Source: an uncultured Acidobacteriota bacterium
GTDB taxonomy: Bacteria > Acidobacteriota > Blastocatellia > RBC074
Assembly: GCA_963796275.1 (NCBI GenBank)
Contig: CAWCKY010000003.1
Coordinates: 1 to 64,000, forward strand
Direction: 5' to 3'
DNA: 64,000 nt
A program made the position numbers and the translations under genes. A model generated the notes under the pieces. The model was not told the DNA's origin. It ran no database searches and saw nothing but the letters and a program-made list of their open reading frames with translations. Of the stretch, positions 1 to 10,321 are shown in pieces. How positions within the stretch are numbered: position 1 is the stretch's first letter; every line of letters starts with the position of its first letter.

Positions 1-417
1 AAGCACGCCGCCGTCGACGCTTGATCGTCACATCGGACACGCCGCTGGTCTGGAATAGTTATCAAGGGGGGGCACGCTTACACGCCAGAGTCACTGCGTT
101 GGGGCCTCGAACGCCTCCTCAAAGCGGTCAAGATTCAGACCCCGGATGGGCGGACCCCACGTATCCATGATTTTCGCCACAGCTTTGCCGTCAACGCCCT
201 ACTTCGTTGGTATCGATCCGGCGTCGATGTCCAGGCGAAGTTGCCGTTTCTGGCCGCCTATATGGGGCATGTCTCGATAGTTTCCACTTACTATTACCTG
301 CACTTTATTGAGCCCCTCGCTTCGCTCGCCAGCACTCGTTTTGCAAACACTTACGGCGGACTGGTCAGCCCCGGCCCCGGCCGAAAGGAGGCCTCTGATG
401 AAAACCCACTTTCCTAA
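1..417 (+). CDS. Tyrosine recombinase, C-terminal part (middle gene of a RIT trio); partial, apparently frameshifted near the window start
   Basis: Frame 1 from 166 reads HDFRHSFAVNALLRWYRSGVDVQAKLPFLAAYMGHVSIVSTYYY (HxxR, H and catalytic Y motifs typical of RitB). Stop at 415-417 overlaps the next ATG at 398. Confidence 0.8.
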
Positions 418-1421
418 CGGATTGGCCTCGGCTCTGCGCGATTTCTTCGGGAATTATCTTCCGCAATTGCGAGGCTTGAGTCCTCACACCATTGGCAGTT
501 ATCGTGATAGTTTGGTTCTCCTCTTGCGGTTTGTCGCAGATGAGCGGAAGCACGGCGTCTCGCAATTGGACTTCGAGGATGTCGGCGCATCACAGGTCAT
601 CTCTTTCCTGGCTTACCTGGAACGCCAACGCCACAATGGCGCAACGACTCGCAATGTACGGCTCTCCGCCATCTGCATGCATTCTTCCGTTATGTGGCAG
701 CCCCACCATGCGGACCGGCTCGAACCTTGCCAGCGGGTCATCGCCATTCCGTTCAAGCGGGCTCTGCAGCGCACAATTGAATATCTGGAGTATGAAGAGA
801 TCCAGCAGGTTCTCTCGGCAGTGGACCAGTTCGACCATGAGGTCGACGTGATTACCTTTGTTGGCCATACTCTTCAATACCGGCGCTCGTGTTCAGGAGA
901 TACTCGGATCTGGGCGCTTGCGACCTTCAACTGAAAAAGCCTTTTCAAGTCCGTTTGTTCGGTAAGGGCCGGAAGGAACGATTTTGTCCGTTGTGGTCAC
1001 AAACAGCTAGCTGTTACGAGCTTCTTAAAGGAAGAGACTGCTCGAGCTGCACTCGAACGAGCAGGTCTTTTTGAATCACCGTGGTGAGCCACTGACTCGA
1101 TTCGGGGTTCGTTACTTATTGCGTAAGTATCTGGACCTCGCCAAGGTTCAGTTTCCGGGCGCGGCCAATAAGAGGCTGCATCCTCACAGTTTCCGCCACA
1201 GTACCGCCGTGGCACTCCTAAAAGCCGGTGTTGATCTGTCGACCATCAGCCAGTGGCTTCCGGGTCATGCCAGTCCGAACACGACGAACAAGTACGCGAC
1301 CCTCGATTTGGCGATGAAACGCAAAGCCCTGGCCAGGGTCAAACCGATTCCAGGACAACGTCGAATCGCTGGCGCAAGAATCGTACAATCCTCGATTGGC
1401 TCGAATATCTCTAAGCCCTAA
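398..1421 (+). pseudogene. Tyrosine recombinase (third gene of a RIT trio), multiply frameshifted
   Basis: ORF pieces 398-934, 889-1074 and 1071-1421 give SPHTIGSYRDS, GKGRKER, HPHSFRHS, (L)GHAS..TTNKY, split over several frames. Confidence 0.85.
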
Positions 1422-1515
1422 GTAATGTGGAGTTGAGGTATCGAAATCCCTGATTTATCAGTCTTCCGAAACAACCGACTTCGCATTACTGTCACACTCA
1501 ACATAAGTCGATTTC
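1421..1515. mobile_element. Right terminal region of the RIT element
   Basis: GTAATGTGGAG (1421) is inverted relative to CTTCGCATTAC and CTCAACATAAG near 1479-1507, the repeated recombinase-box pattern expected at RIT ends. Confidence 0.55.
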
Positions 1516-1530
1516 ATGCGTGTGCGCACA

Positions 1531-1848
1531 ACATTAATTGACGAGATCGGATATTTACCGATCGAACGGCTAGGTGCCAATCTCTTCTTTCAACTGGTTT
1601 CTCGGAGATATGAAAAGGGCTCGATCTTATTAACCTCGAACCAGAGTTTGGCCGGTTGGGGACAGGTCTTCGGGGATCAGGTGATTGCGACCGCGATCCT
1701 GGATCGGCTCCTTCACCACTCAACGATTATCAATATCAAGGGGGAGAGTTACCGACTTAAAGAGAAGCGGAAGGCAGGACTACTAACGCGCAGCGAACCT
1801 TTTACCACCGAGGCTGCTGCCGGCAATGCTGCTGGCGATACTCAATAA
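1531..1848 (+). pseudogene. istB: IS21-family IstB ATPase, C-terminal half only
   Basis: LIDEIGYLP (Walker B), LTSNQ, ATAILDRLLHH, IKGESYRLK. The N-terminal half is missing and the RIT end sits in its place. Confidence 0.9.
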
Positions 1849-1871
1849 TGATTCGATTGAAAACGACGAGA

Positions 1872-1923
1872 GGTAGGGAATTTTAAACGATCGAAACTAG
1901 GGAAAATTGGGAGATCATTGACA
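1872..1923 (+). repeat. IS21-type right end with repeated transposase boxes, ending ...TGACA
   Basis: TAGGGAATTTT and TAGGGAAAATT boxes followed by CATTGACA, directly downstream of istB. Confidence 0.65.
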
Positions 1924-2200
1924 ATTGTCGCACCCTCTTCTTGATCTGCTCACACTGCGACCGGGGGCAGCGCTTTTTGCAGCTTGGACTGTCGCCTTCA
2001 ATCACACACGTCGAGCAACTGCGTGCGGCTCGCCGCCGGCATCAGCAAAGTCCTGAAGGACGCCTCGACCATCGCGATCGGCAACGAGCTTATCGCAGCC
2101 GCAAGGCTGCTTCCTCTGAACTGGGCCGAGGGATTTGACCGAAAGCGGGAGATGGCGCGAAAACGGCGCCGAGTTGCATGCTCGCAAAACTCCAAGAACT
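1924..2200 (+). pseudogene. Fragment of a Cys-rich hypothetical protein often found beside IS21-like elements
   Basis: CRTLFLICSHCDRGQR...ARRRHQQSPEGRLDHRDRQRAYR; no start codon, frameshifted. Confidence 0.4.
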
Positions 2201-2477
2201 GAGCGTCGATCACAGCCATTAGCCGATTTGTTCGCAACGTTTGTAGAAGATCAAGGCGTGATTGTAAGAGGAAGACTCTTTCTGGGAATTGGACTTGGAG
2301 CCTACGAAGAATTGGGTTGGAGGTGTCTCGCGGTGCTGTGTGGGTGGATCAATAACGGAGCGATCGATAATGCGATCCGCGCTAGGTATGAGCCGATTGC
2401 GTATTCCGGCCATCGTGAACACCAAATCCGGCTGATCGTGAACACCCTGAGCGCTCGGCAGCGCTGGCGATTAAGTT

Positions 2478-3233
2478 TTACTTCGAGTGTTCACGATGAG
2501 TCAACCTTTGACGAGTCTTGCGGAGTGACTCACCTTTGAGTTCGAGGCGATGAGCATTGGCTAGAAGACGGTCAAGCAGCGCGTCGGCCACAGTGGGATC
2601 GTTAAGATAATCATGCCAGGAACTGATGGGCAATTGGCTGGTGATGATGGTCGAGCGCGAGCCGTGACGGTCCTCGATGATTTCCAGCAAGTCGTGTCGC
2701 TCGTTCTGAGGCAAAGGTTTGAGACCAAAATCATCAAGGATAAGCAAGTCGAGGCGGGCCATTTGTCGTAAGAGTTTGCCGTAACTGCCGTCGCCGCGTG
2801 CGATGCGAAGTTCATCGAGTAAGCGTCCTGTGCGCTGGTAGCGCACGCTCAAGCCCTGACGACAAGCCGCCTGGCCAAAGGCACAGGCGAGCCAACTTTT
2901 CCCCGTACCGGTCGGCCCTGTGATGTGCAGATTGTGGTGCGCGCGAATCCAGTCGCAACTGATGAGCGAAGCGATCTCTGAGCGGACCAGGCCGCGAGGG
3001 GCTTGGTAATCGATCTCTTCAACGCAGGCTTGTTGTTTGAGATGAGCAGAGCGAAGTAAACGTTGGAGACGGCGATTGTCGCGATATGTGCGCTCGCGAT
3101 CGACAAGTAGGGCGAGGCGCTCTTCAAACGAGAGTTGTTGCGTGGGAGGTTGTTCCAGTTGTTGTGCGAAGGCGTCAGCCATACCAGTGAGCCTGAGCGC
3201 GCGTAGACGTTGCAGAGTTTGTTGATTGAGCAT
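2478..3233 (-). CDS. istB: IS21 helper AAA+ ATPase IstB
   Basis: GPTGTGKS Walker A, LLILDDFG Walker [21 protein letters not shown]. Probable start MLNQQ at 3233 after a GGAG RBS. Confidence 0.95.
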   Translation of the reverse strand: MLNQQTLQRLRALRLTGMADAFAQQLEQPPTQQLSFEERLALLVDRERTYRDNRRLQRLLRSAHLKQQACVEEIDYQAPRGLVRSEIASLISCDWIRAHHNLHITGPTGTGKSWLACAFGQAACRQGLSVRYQRTGRLLDELRIARGDGSYGKLLRQMARLDLLILDDFGLKPLPQNERHDLLEIIEDRHGSRSTIITSQLPISSWHDYLNDPTVADALLDRLLANAHRLELKGESLRKTRQRLTHREHSK

Positions 3234-3298
3234 GCCAATTCTCCTTGGTGAAAATTGTTGATGTTTTGGTGCGGGGCAGCGCGAGAGAGCGCCACAGG

Positions 3299-4849
3299 TC
3301 ATTGATAGTAAGCCGCGCCACGAACGTTCTCGTGAACGAGCGGGGTGGCGGCCTCTTCAGCTTGAGCATCCGGCAGAGGCTGAGAATCAAGACCGTGCTC
3401 GAGGATCGAGCGAACACTGGCTTGGCGTAGAGTTCCAAGCGTCAAAGCGCGTTGGCAAGCAGCCTCCAGACGCTGCGGAGTGTAACGTTTGGCGAGCGAG
3501 AGCAGGCCGAGGCAAGAGCGATAAGCGAGCTCCGGATGCTTGCGTGACTCGATGAGGCGGCGCACGAAATCGCGTGTATAGGGGCCGATCTCGACCGCCC
3601 AATTGAGAAAACGTCCGGGATTCCATTCGCTGTGCGCACGGTGATGCGAGGGCATATGTTCGGGGATCGTCGTATGGCCACCGTGTCTGTCACAACGAGA
3701 GTGTGAGGCGACGCGGTGGTTGTGATGAAAAAACTCGACGGTCGTGGCAGTGATGCGGACATCGAGCTGGCGCCCTCTGAGCGCGTGAGGAACGCTGTAG
3801 TAGTGGCCATGGACTTCGACGTGATAGTCGACATGAGCGCGGCCGTGTTTCCACTCGGCGAACTCGTAAGCGGTGGTGGGCAACGGTAGTAATGCAGGCC
3901 GATCGAGTGATTCGTACTGCGAGCGCCGAGAGCCTGGCAGTTTGCGGAATGGTTTCTGGTTGAGTAGTGCGAGTAACTCCCGAATGCTCTGATTGAGCTC
4001 GGTGAGTGAGAAGAAGGTCCGCTTGCGGAGCCGGGCCAGAATCCATCTCTGGACGAGCTGAACCGCAAACTCCACTTTGGCTTTATCACGAGGCTTTTTC
4101 GGGCGTGCCGGTAGAGCCGTGGTCGAGTAATGAGCGAGCATCTCTTGATAGCTGCGATTGAGAATCGGCTCGTAGCGATCGGCGCGAGTAACACCGCTCT
4201 TGAGATTGTCCGGGATAACCAATTGCGTGACGCCTTCAAAGAACTCGAAGGCGCGCACGTGCGAGCCGATCCAATCGTGGGACCGTTGAGTGAAAGTGGC
4301 CTCAGCATATGTGTAGTTGGAGGCTCCCAGGACGGCTACGAAGATTTGCGCCTGATTTATTTCCCCAGTGGTCGGATTGATGATGGGGACCGTATGCCCG
4401 GCATAGTCGACGAACATCTTCTCGCCGGCACGATGAGTCTGGCGCATCGAGAGTTTGAGCTGTGCTTGCCATTGCTGGTAGTGAAAAAAGAATTGCGAGC
4501 GTTGGTAGTGGTTGTCGGGGTTAGCCTCTGCATACTCCTCCCAGAGGAGCTGTTTGGTCACGCCTTTCCGCTTTAGTTCCTGGTGCATCGCCGCAAAATC
4601 CACTGGGGCGTAGTAGCTCTGCGGTGGAGAAGCCTCAGGCGGAAAGAGCCGTCGCCGCAGTTGCGCTTCGCTGAGGTCATCTGGTAGCGGCCAGGTGATC
4701 CCGACAATCTCTGCGGCATGGAGATACTTGTTAACGACGCCGAGCGAAAGACTGAGCGCCCTGGCGATCTGACGTTGCGAGAGTCCGGCTTCATATTTGA
4801 GCCGGAGTAGGTCTTTGAGTTTGCGCATAGAGATTGGTAGCGCTGACAT
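3299..4849 (-). CDS. istA: IS21 transposase IstA
   Basis: N-terminal HTH and DDE motifs FVDYAG, IPDNLKS, KAKVE; 516 aa intact. Confidence 0.95.
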   Translation of the reverse strand: MSALPISMRKLKDLLRLKYEAGLSQRQIARALSLSLGVVNKYLHAAEIVGITWPLPDDLSEAQLRRRLFPPEASPPQSYYAPVDFAAMHQELKRKGVTKQLLWEEYAEANPDNHYQRSQFFFHYQQWQAQLKLSMRQTHRAGEKMFVDYAGHTVPIINPTTGEINQAQIFVAVLGASNYTYAEATFTQRSHDWIGSHVRAFEFFEGVTQLVIPDNLKSGVTRADRYEPILNRSYQEMLAHYSTTALPARPKKPRDKAKVEFAVQLVQRWILARLRKRTFFSLTELNQSIRELLALLNQKPFRKLPGSRRSQYESLDRPALLPLPTTAYEFAEWKHGRAHVDYHVEVHGHYYSVPHALRGRQLDVRITATTVEFFHHNHRVASHSRCDRHGGHTTIPEHMPSHHRAHSEWNPGRFLNWAVEIGPYTRDFVRRLIESRKHPELAYRSCLGLLSLAKRYTPQRLEAACQRALTLGTLRQASVRSILEHGLDSQPLPDAQAEEAATPLVHENVRGAAYYQ

Positions 4850-5062
4850 CGAATCTCCTTTTTACGGTAATCGAAAAAGGAAGATGGTCAGCTTGAAATT
4901 TCCAAATCTCCAGCGCTGCCGAGGGAGTGACAAAGAGCAGAACAGGAATCCGGCGCTATCTCAAAAAGCGTTCACGTTGGGCCGGATTTGGTGTTCAAGT
5001 TGCTCCGGATTTAGTGTTCACGTTGGCCCGGATTCGGCGTTCACGTTGGCCCGGAAAATGCA

Positions 5063-5251
5063 CCGATCGCTACAGACCGTGAAGTAAAAGAATTGGGCTG
5101 GGGTTTCGTCAAGGTCATGACTGCTTGGATTGAAGGCATTGAGCTTGTCAGGCGAAGAATAAAGTACCTGCCGTACTCGAAACCGCAATGGAAGCGCCGT
5201 CAGTCCATATCCTGTGTTAGGTTTAAGAGTAAGCGGCGCGCGTGATTTCAT
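5063..5251 (-). pseudogene. 5' half of a ~120-aa hypothetical gene split by IS21 (3' half at 2219-2392)
   Basis: Removing the IS and one CCGAT joins ...VCSDR to LIPSADR... in frame. GGAG RBS precedes the ATG at 5251. Confidence 0.5.
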
Positions 5252-5649
5252 TTCTGTCTCCGGAGCGCTCAGCGGGGCACCATCAGATCAGCCGAACTTG
5301 GCGTTCACGGAGGATTTTGATTATTACACTTTAGAGGGGGTCAAACCGAGGAGCCTTATAAAAATCAAAATTTCTCCGGCAACTCCAGTCTTAGCCTACA
5401 CCAACTTATTCACTGCAAAATTTGACAGATCGGCACCAGCGAGATCGTGTGCGTCAAACCGTGACCCCTCACATATCCATACCAAAACAAAACGCCTCGC
5501 GGCTGCTCGAGAAGGCCGGACGGCTGAACCCTCTACAGGTTTTCTCAGGCCATCCGGCCTTTAGCGTCCTCAGCCAGCGGGGAGTGTATATCTAAAATTT
5601 TTTAGCAATGGACGCAGAGCGGGGACATAAGTTTCCAAAGGCTTAAACA

Positions 5650-5901
5650 TTAATGTTTACCTGCCGCACGTGCTGTACGCAATGTGGAATTCCACGTCAA
5701 CAATCTTCTATAGAGGTGCAGGAAACGCATCACCGCATCGTGGAGCGCTTCACGCTGGGCCTCCAGCATCTGCTGCTCCTCGGCTGTCGGTTCTTCGAAA
5801 CACAGGCGCAGTAAAATGATCAGCTGCTTCTGGCAGTCCTCGCATTCAAGGCAGTGCTTCTCGAACTCGCTCTTCACTCCCTGGTCGCACGTGCGCGCCA
5901 C
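5650..5901 (-). CDS. Small zinc-finger (zf-HC2/ZAS anti-sigma-like) protein
   Basis: FEKHCLECEDC gives HxxxCxxC. The frame stays open upstream (HPSSGTFASY), so the true start may be non-canonical. Confidence 0.55.
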   Translation of the reverse strand: MARTCDQGVKSEFEKHCLECEDCQKQLIILLRLCFEEPTAEEQQMLEAQREALHDAVMRFLHLYRRLLTWNSTLRTARAAGKH

Positions 5902-6608
5902 ATAGGAGGCGAACGTTCCAGACGAAGGATGAATTGTTTGGGTCTCGTTACAAGTAATAATGACGGTCTTCTTGTCTTTTATAAAATAAGGATCAACCGT
6001 TCCGATTGATCCCTAAATCAAAATCGTACATTTACCGTTAACCCGATCATTGGTAATTTGAGTCGTGTAAATCCATAAATTGCCTTTAGCTCTCGATAGT
6101 CACCACCTTGCTTTCATAAGAGAGGGAACGCGTGAGGCTAAATCGGATAAGTTGCATTGCTCTTGTTTCAACCGTACAGCCTCACGCGATCCCTGTGTGT
6201 CGGCCCGTGGGCAGGGCTTGAACCTGCCTACGCGCCGAACTTTGTGCGCAAACCAAAGCGAACGCCCACGCACGCCGACCCCTCGAACTGATGCAAATAG
6301 AAAAGAGAGAGATTGGCGTGCGGGGACGTTGCCGTTTAGCTGCTCCACAGCGCGTAGATGCTTGAGATGCGGATTAAGTGTGCACCTTAACCCGACGCGA
6401 CGCGTCCGCCGGGCGACATGAAGGTAAATATCTTGCGTGCCCCAATTGTTTACAAGCTAAAAGGATTACGCTAAATTTCTCCATTCGTGTCTTTGTACGC
6501 GCATCACAAGCTCTTATACAACCATGCGGCAGAACAAATCGACCGGCAGAAGATACGAAACAATTGTTTCCCCTGTCAAGCGAAATTCGTCCCAAAGGAG
6601 AAATTCTG

Positions 6609-6890
6609 ATGGGCGGACGGGGGCCGAGACAGAAGCAAAAGAAATTGGCTGCCAAACTCAAGCGTATACGGCTAGCGCTTGGCTTGTCCCAGCCGCAAAT
6701 CCTGAAAGAAATGGGCCTCGGTGTTGACCGCGCATACGTCTCTGGATATGAGAGCGGCAGAATAGAACCACCAATCTCCACCCTGCTTTTATATTGTGAC
6801 CTTGCGAATATCTGTGCCGACGTCCTCTTGAGGGATGAGCTAAAGCTGCCCGATGAATTGCCATGTAAAGAAAGATACTACCCTCATTGA
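6609..6890 (+). CDS. XRE-family HTH transcriptional regulator
   Basis: LKRIRLALGLSQ...RAYVSGYESGRIEP; AAGGAG RBS before the ATG at 6609. Confidence 0.85.
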   Translation: MGGRGPRQKQKKLAAKLKRIRLALGLSQPQILKEMGLGVDRAYVSGYESGRIEPPISTLLLYCDLANICADVLLRDELKLPDELPCKERYYPH

Positions 6891-7026
6891 CAAAACCCTC
6901 GCTCTAACTCTACACCTTGATCAAGAAAGAAAATCTGAGGTTTACGCACTATGGCTGCTGCTCATCTGGCCGCGCATCGTATCGAGATCCTGGCCGGAGG
7001 AGGGGCGCCTACCCATCAGGGAGGCC

Positions 7027-8001
7027 GGGTATAGTGAAGGCCGCTTGGTGGTAATTGATGAACTCGTCGGCGAATCTGAACTGATGCGGGAGGTTAGGAA
7101 AAATATTGCGATCGCCGTGGCCCTCGATCTGAGCGTCCTCATCATCGGCGAGCCGGGGCACTTGCAAAGAACTTGTCGCGCGAGTCATACACATGGCAAG
7201 CAGCCGGGCAGGGAAACCTTTCGTCGCCGTCAACTACGTGGCAATTAATCCCAATTTGATTGAGAGCGAATTATTCGGACACGAGAAAGGGGCGTTCACC
7301 GGAGCCATCGCTCGCAAGCAGGGCCGATTTGAGTGGGCAAACTGCGGGACATTGTTTCTCGATGAGATTGGTGATCTGCCTGTGCCAAGTCAGGCAATGC
7401 TCTTGCGCGTCCTGCAGGAACGCGAATTCGAGCGGGTGGGTGGTACGCAGGCGATCAAGATAGATATACGCCTGATTGCCGCAACCGATCATGATCTACT
7501 TCGTGAAGTCGATGAAGGGAGCTTTCGCCGCGGCCTGTATGATCGTCTGTGCGGATACCCTATCCCGAAGCCGTCTCTCAGAGAACGTCCCACAGACATC
7601 CCCATTCTTATCCGACACTATTTCCCCACTATTGAGTTCGAGGAAGAAGCCTTGGAACTACTCTGTCGGTATGCCTGGAAGGGGAATGTGCGTCAGTTGA
7701 TTTCGACAATTGAGCGTCTGGCGGCTAAGGCCGGCGGCGGCCAGATAGTCATGACAGATCACGTGCGCCGCGAGATGGATATTGAACGACAGTCGTGCTC
7801 GCGCCAGGTAGCGCGGAATGCTTCCCCGAACTGCGCGAGGGCGAAACGATGAGAGAATACATGTGCAGGGTAGTGATGGCGATTTATGAGCGGGAACGGT
7901 GCCGATTAGGAAGCCATTCGGCAGCGGCTCAAAGGCTTGGAATAAACCGGACAACGCTCTACGACTGGTTGGAACGGGCGCGGCAACACGTGACAAAGTG
8001 A
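7027..8001 (+). pseudogene. Sigma-54 enhancer-binding AAA+ protein with Fis-type HTH and no sensor domain; two frameshifts
   Basis: [51 protein letters not shown]. The Walker A (GEPG.GKE) is broken at ~7160 and a second shift lies at ~7790. Confidence 0.85.
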
Positions 8002-8578
8002 TACAGCGATACAGCGTAATTCAGGGCTCGGGTGTTGCTGATTTCGGCCATTTCAACCTCGGTTTCTTGCGAAAAGAGCGTGTTCATCTGGCATTCACGC
8101 AGAAATTCTGAATCGCTAAGGTCTTAATGGAGGAAATCTGGCGAATGTGGTTATTGAGATTCAGATAAAAATATTTACAAGCAGAGCAAAAAAGGCCTGT
8201 AAAATCAGGCATTTCTGAAGACCATTGTAAATTCGGTAATCTGAAAGTCAATGATATCTCTACACCGAATCCGCCCATCCCCACGCTTCATATGTTGGCA
8301 ACCACCCGATCTTCTGAGGCGATGTCGCCGGTCCGGCTTTACTCACAACTAATTCAGGTTGTAATATTCATCGCCGTTGTTGGCCCCCGAAGCCATTAAC
8401 AATGGCCATTTTCTTCGCTAGATTGCTCACAGAATACTCATCAGCCCAGGCCAGAGTGTCGGAGAAAAAAGAGATATGGGTGACAGTCATTCTTACGAGA
8501 AATCGCTGAAGCAGTTTAGAGTTTCCGAGACCTGAAACAAGGTTTTAGTGCTCGTCTGCGTTTACAAGCGAGACGGTA

Positions 8579-9781
8579 ATGGCAAAAAAAAACAATAATA
8601 CGACAACGACAAATAGTGGGAAAAAGTCTCCTCACGTTCCTAATCACTATGGGGGATTTTCACTTCAAGAGACACGCCTGACCGCTCGCCTTCTTGAGGC
8701 CGACCCTGGAAGCGTTCTTAGTCTTGAAGTTTTTGAAGATGTCGGGGTGGAGTTGCCAGATGGAACGCGGATAGCTGAACAGAGCAAAAGCTCTCTAGAC
8801 GGTAATCCTGTTTCGGATCGGGCTGTAGATATGTGGAAGACGCTCAGCAATTGGGTTGAGGCTGTTAATGGAGGAGAGCTTGATCCAACGAAGACGCGAT
8901 TTGAGCTGTATGTATCAAAGCCGGTTAACGGACCCATAGTTGATAGTTTCTCTAAAGCGAGTTCAAAGGTGGAAGCCCTTGCGGCTTTAGAAGCGACAAA
9001 AACCAAACTCTGGGGGCCGCCTCCGGCACATGCCAAGAAGACAAATTTAGCAGTCTCGATTTGCGACTATGTAAATCTCTTTCTAGGAGCTGATCAGGAT
9101 ATTACATGCGCAATCATAACCGCGTTCTCTCTTATCCAAGGCGGAGGAATACCACAGGAGGATTTCGAAAATTTGTTCAGAAACAAAATCATTTCTGAAC
9201 AAAATATAGAGCTTGTGGCAAACCAAGCTTTAGGTTGGGTAAAGAGCCGCACGGACAAATTAATTCAGCAGGGAAAACCAGCTTACGTTGATAGAGATGA
9301 ATTTTTCACAGAGCTAAATGCTTTTGTCCGTCGCGTTGACCGGCAAAATATATTACGAAGTTTTGCTTCGGACCCAACACAGAACCAAATTGATCAAGAC
9401 CTCGCTGCAAAGACTTACGTTCGCCAGCTTAAGTTACTCGATACTGAGTATGATCGCCAAGTTGAAGCCGTAACTGACTACCTGCGCTCCTCAGCAGACA
9501 GAACAATTTGGAGTGCACAAGGACTAGTTCACTCAGAAAGTTTTACGGAGTTCGAAAGTGACTTGCGAAGCGCATGGAAAAATCTCAAAACAGAAGCAGA
9601 CTTAACTTGCGTCAATCCAACGGAAGTAAACAGGGGACAGCTTCTTTACTCTAAATGTTGTCTTTACACTGCGACACTACAGAACATGGAAATCAATAGC
9701 AGCTTTACGAGAGGCAGTTTTCACACTCTCGCAGACGATCAGATTATCGGCTGGCACCCAGACTACAAATCAAAGCTTTGA
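8579..9781 (+). CDS. lmuA: Lamassu/ABC three-component effector with an N-terminal PD-(D/E)xK (Cap4-like) nuclease
   Basis: EVFEDV...EQSKS nuclease motif; C-terminal RGSFHTLAD..IGWHPDY typical of ABC-3C C-terminal domains; first gene of a three-gene operon. Confidence 0.8.
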   Translation: MAKKNNNTTTTNSGKKSPHVPNHYGGFSLQETRLTARLLEADPGSVLSLEVFEDVGVELPDGTRIAEQSKSSLDGNPVSDRAVDMWKTLSNWVEAVNGGELDPTKTRFELYVSKPVNGPIVDSFSKASSKVEALAALEATKTKLWGPPPAHAKKTNLAVSICDYVNLFLGADQDITCAIITAFSLIQGGGIPQEDFENLFRNKIISEQNIELVANQALGWVKSRTDKLIQQGKPAYVDRDEFFTELNAFVRRVDRQNILRSFASDPTQNQIDQDLAAKTYVRQLKLLDTEYDRQVEAVTDYLRSSADRTIWSAQGLVHSESFTEFESDLRSAWKNLKTEADLTCVNPTEVNRGQLLYSKCCLYTATLQNMEINSSFTRGSFHTLADDQIIGWHPDYKSKL

Positions 9782-9812
9782 CCACTATGGGGGCGTGGCT
9801 CAGCGATTCGTT

Positions 9813-10319
9813 ATGAGCGCATTAAACAAAGAAACACGCATCGTCCAAAACCCAGCTCTGGGAGCGGTGTTGCTTTGGCGGTTTGTTAAGGGCTATTCAG
9901 AAGGTAGTGGGATCAGTGCTCCGACGCCGATACCTCTTCTATACGTTCTACTTCCCATTATTTATCATCAGGAAACCGCCTCGTTCGTAAAATCAACCCA
10001 GAAAGCATCCGGTTTAAGAGCCTTTGTCCACAAGTTTGATGAGACGAAAACGTCGAAGAGCGATTTAATCCTCGCGATACATAACCGTGCAAAAACAATG
10101 CGAGGCCTGACCCGCCATTCTTTGAGTTTAGCCATTGCGTCTAACTTGATTGCTGTAGATGTTCGATCAGGAACAGTTTTTCCCATCACGAAAACTCAAC
10201 CGAAAGCTGGAATACCAAACTCCGTAAGCGACATGATCAAAGCCGCCGAGAAGTTAGGATTTTGGTGCTCTAAACTCACACTGCACGAAATATCGATCAC
10301 GTTGAAAGTGGCATTCTAA
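9813..10319 (+). CDS. lmuC: Lamassu/ABC three-component middle component
   Basis: QNPALGAVLLW, LYVLLPIIYH, AEKLGFW. ~170 aa between effector and ATPase; ATG at 9813 (ORF track starts at 9795). Confidence 0.8.
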   Translation: MSALNKETRIVQNPALGAVLLWRFVKGYSEGSGISAPTPIPLLYVLLPIIYHQETASFVKSTQKASGLRAFVHKFDETKTSKSDLILAIHNRAKTMRGLTRHSLSLAIASNLIAVDVRSGTVFPITKTQPKAGIPNSVSDMIKAAEKLGFWCSKLTLHEISITLKVAF

Positions 10320-10321
10320 TA

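Larger units (their letters stand above)
2398..5062 (-). mobile_element. Complete IS21-family insertion sequence, 2665 bp, with 5-bp target duplication CCGAT
   Basis: Left end TGCGTATTCCGGCCATCGTGAACAC; right end (reverse complement) TGCATTTTCCGGGCCAACGTGAACGC; multiple internal GTGAACAC boxes. CCGAT lies at 2393-2397 and 5063-5067. Confidence 0.95.

Noticed and set aside
3442-4576. Long alternative-frame ORFs inside istA, and similar ones inside the relaxase, permease and Avs genes
   Set aside because: Shadow ORFs expected in GC-rich coding DNA; no motifs or RBS.
4965-5062. Tandem ~22-bp repeats as a CRISPR or iteron array
   Set aside because: They are the IS21 terminal transposase-binding boxes.
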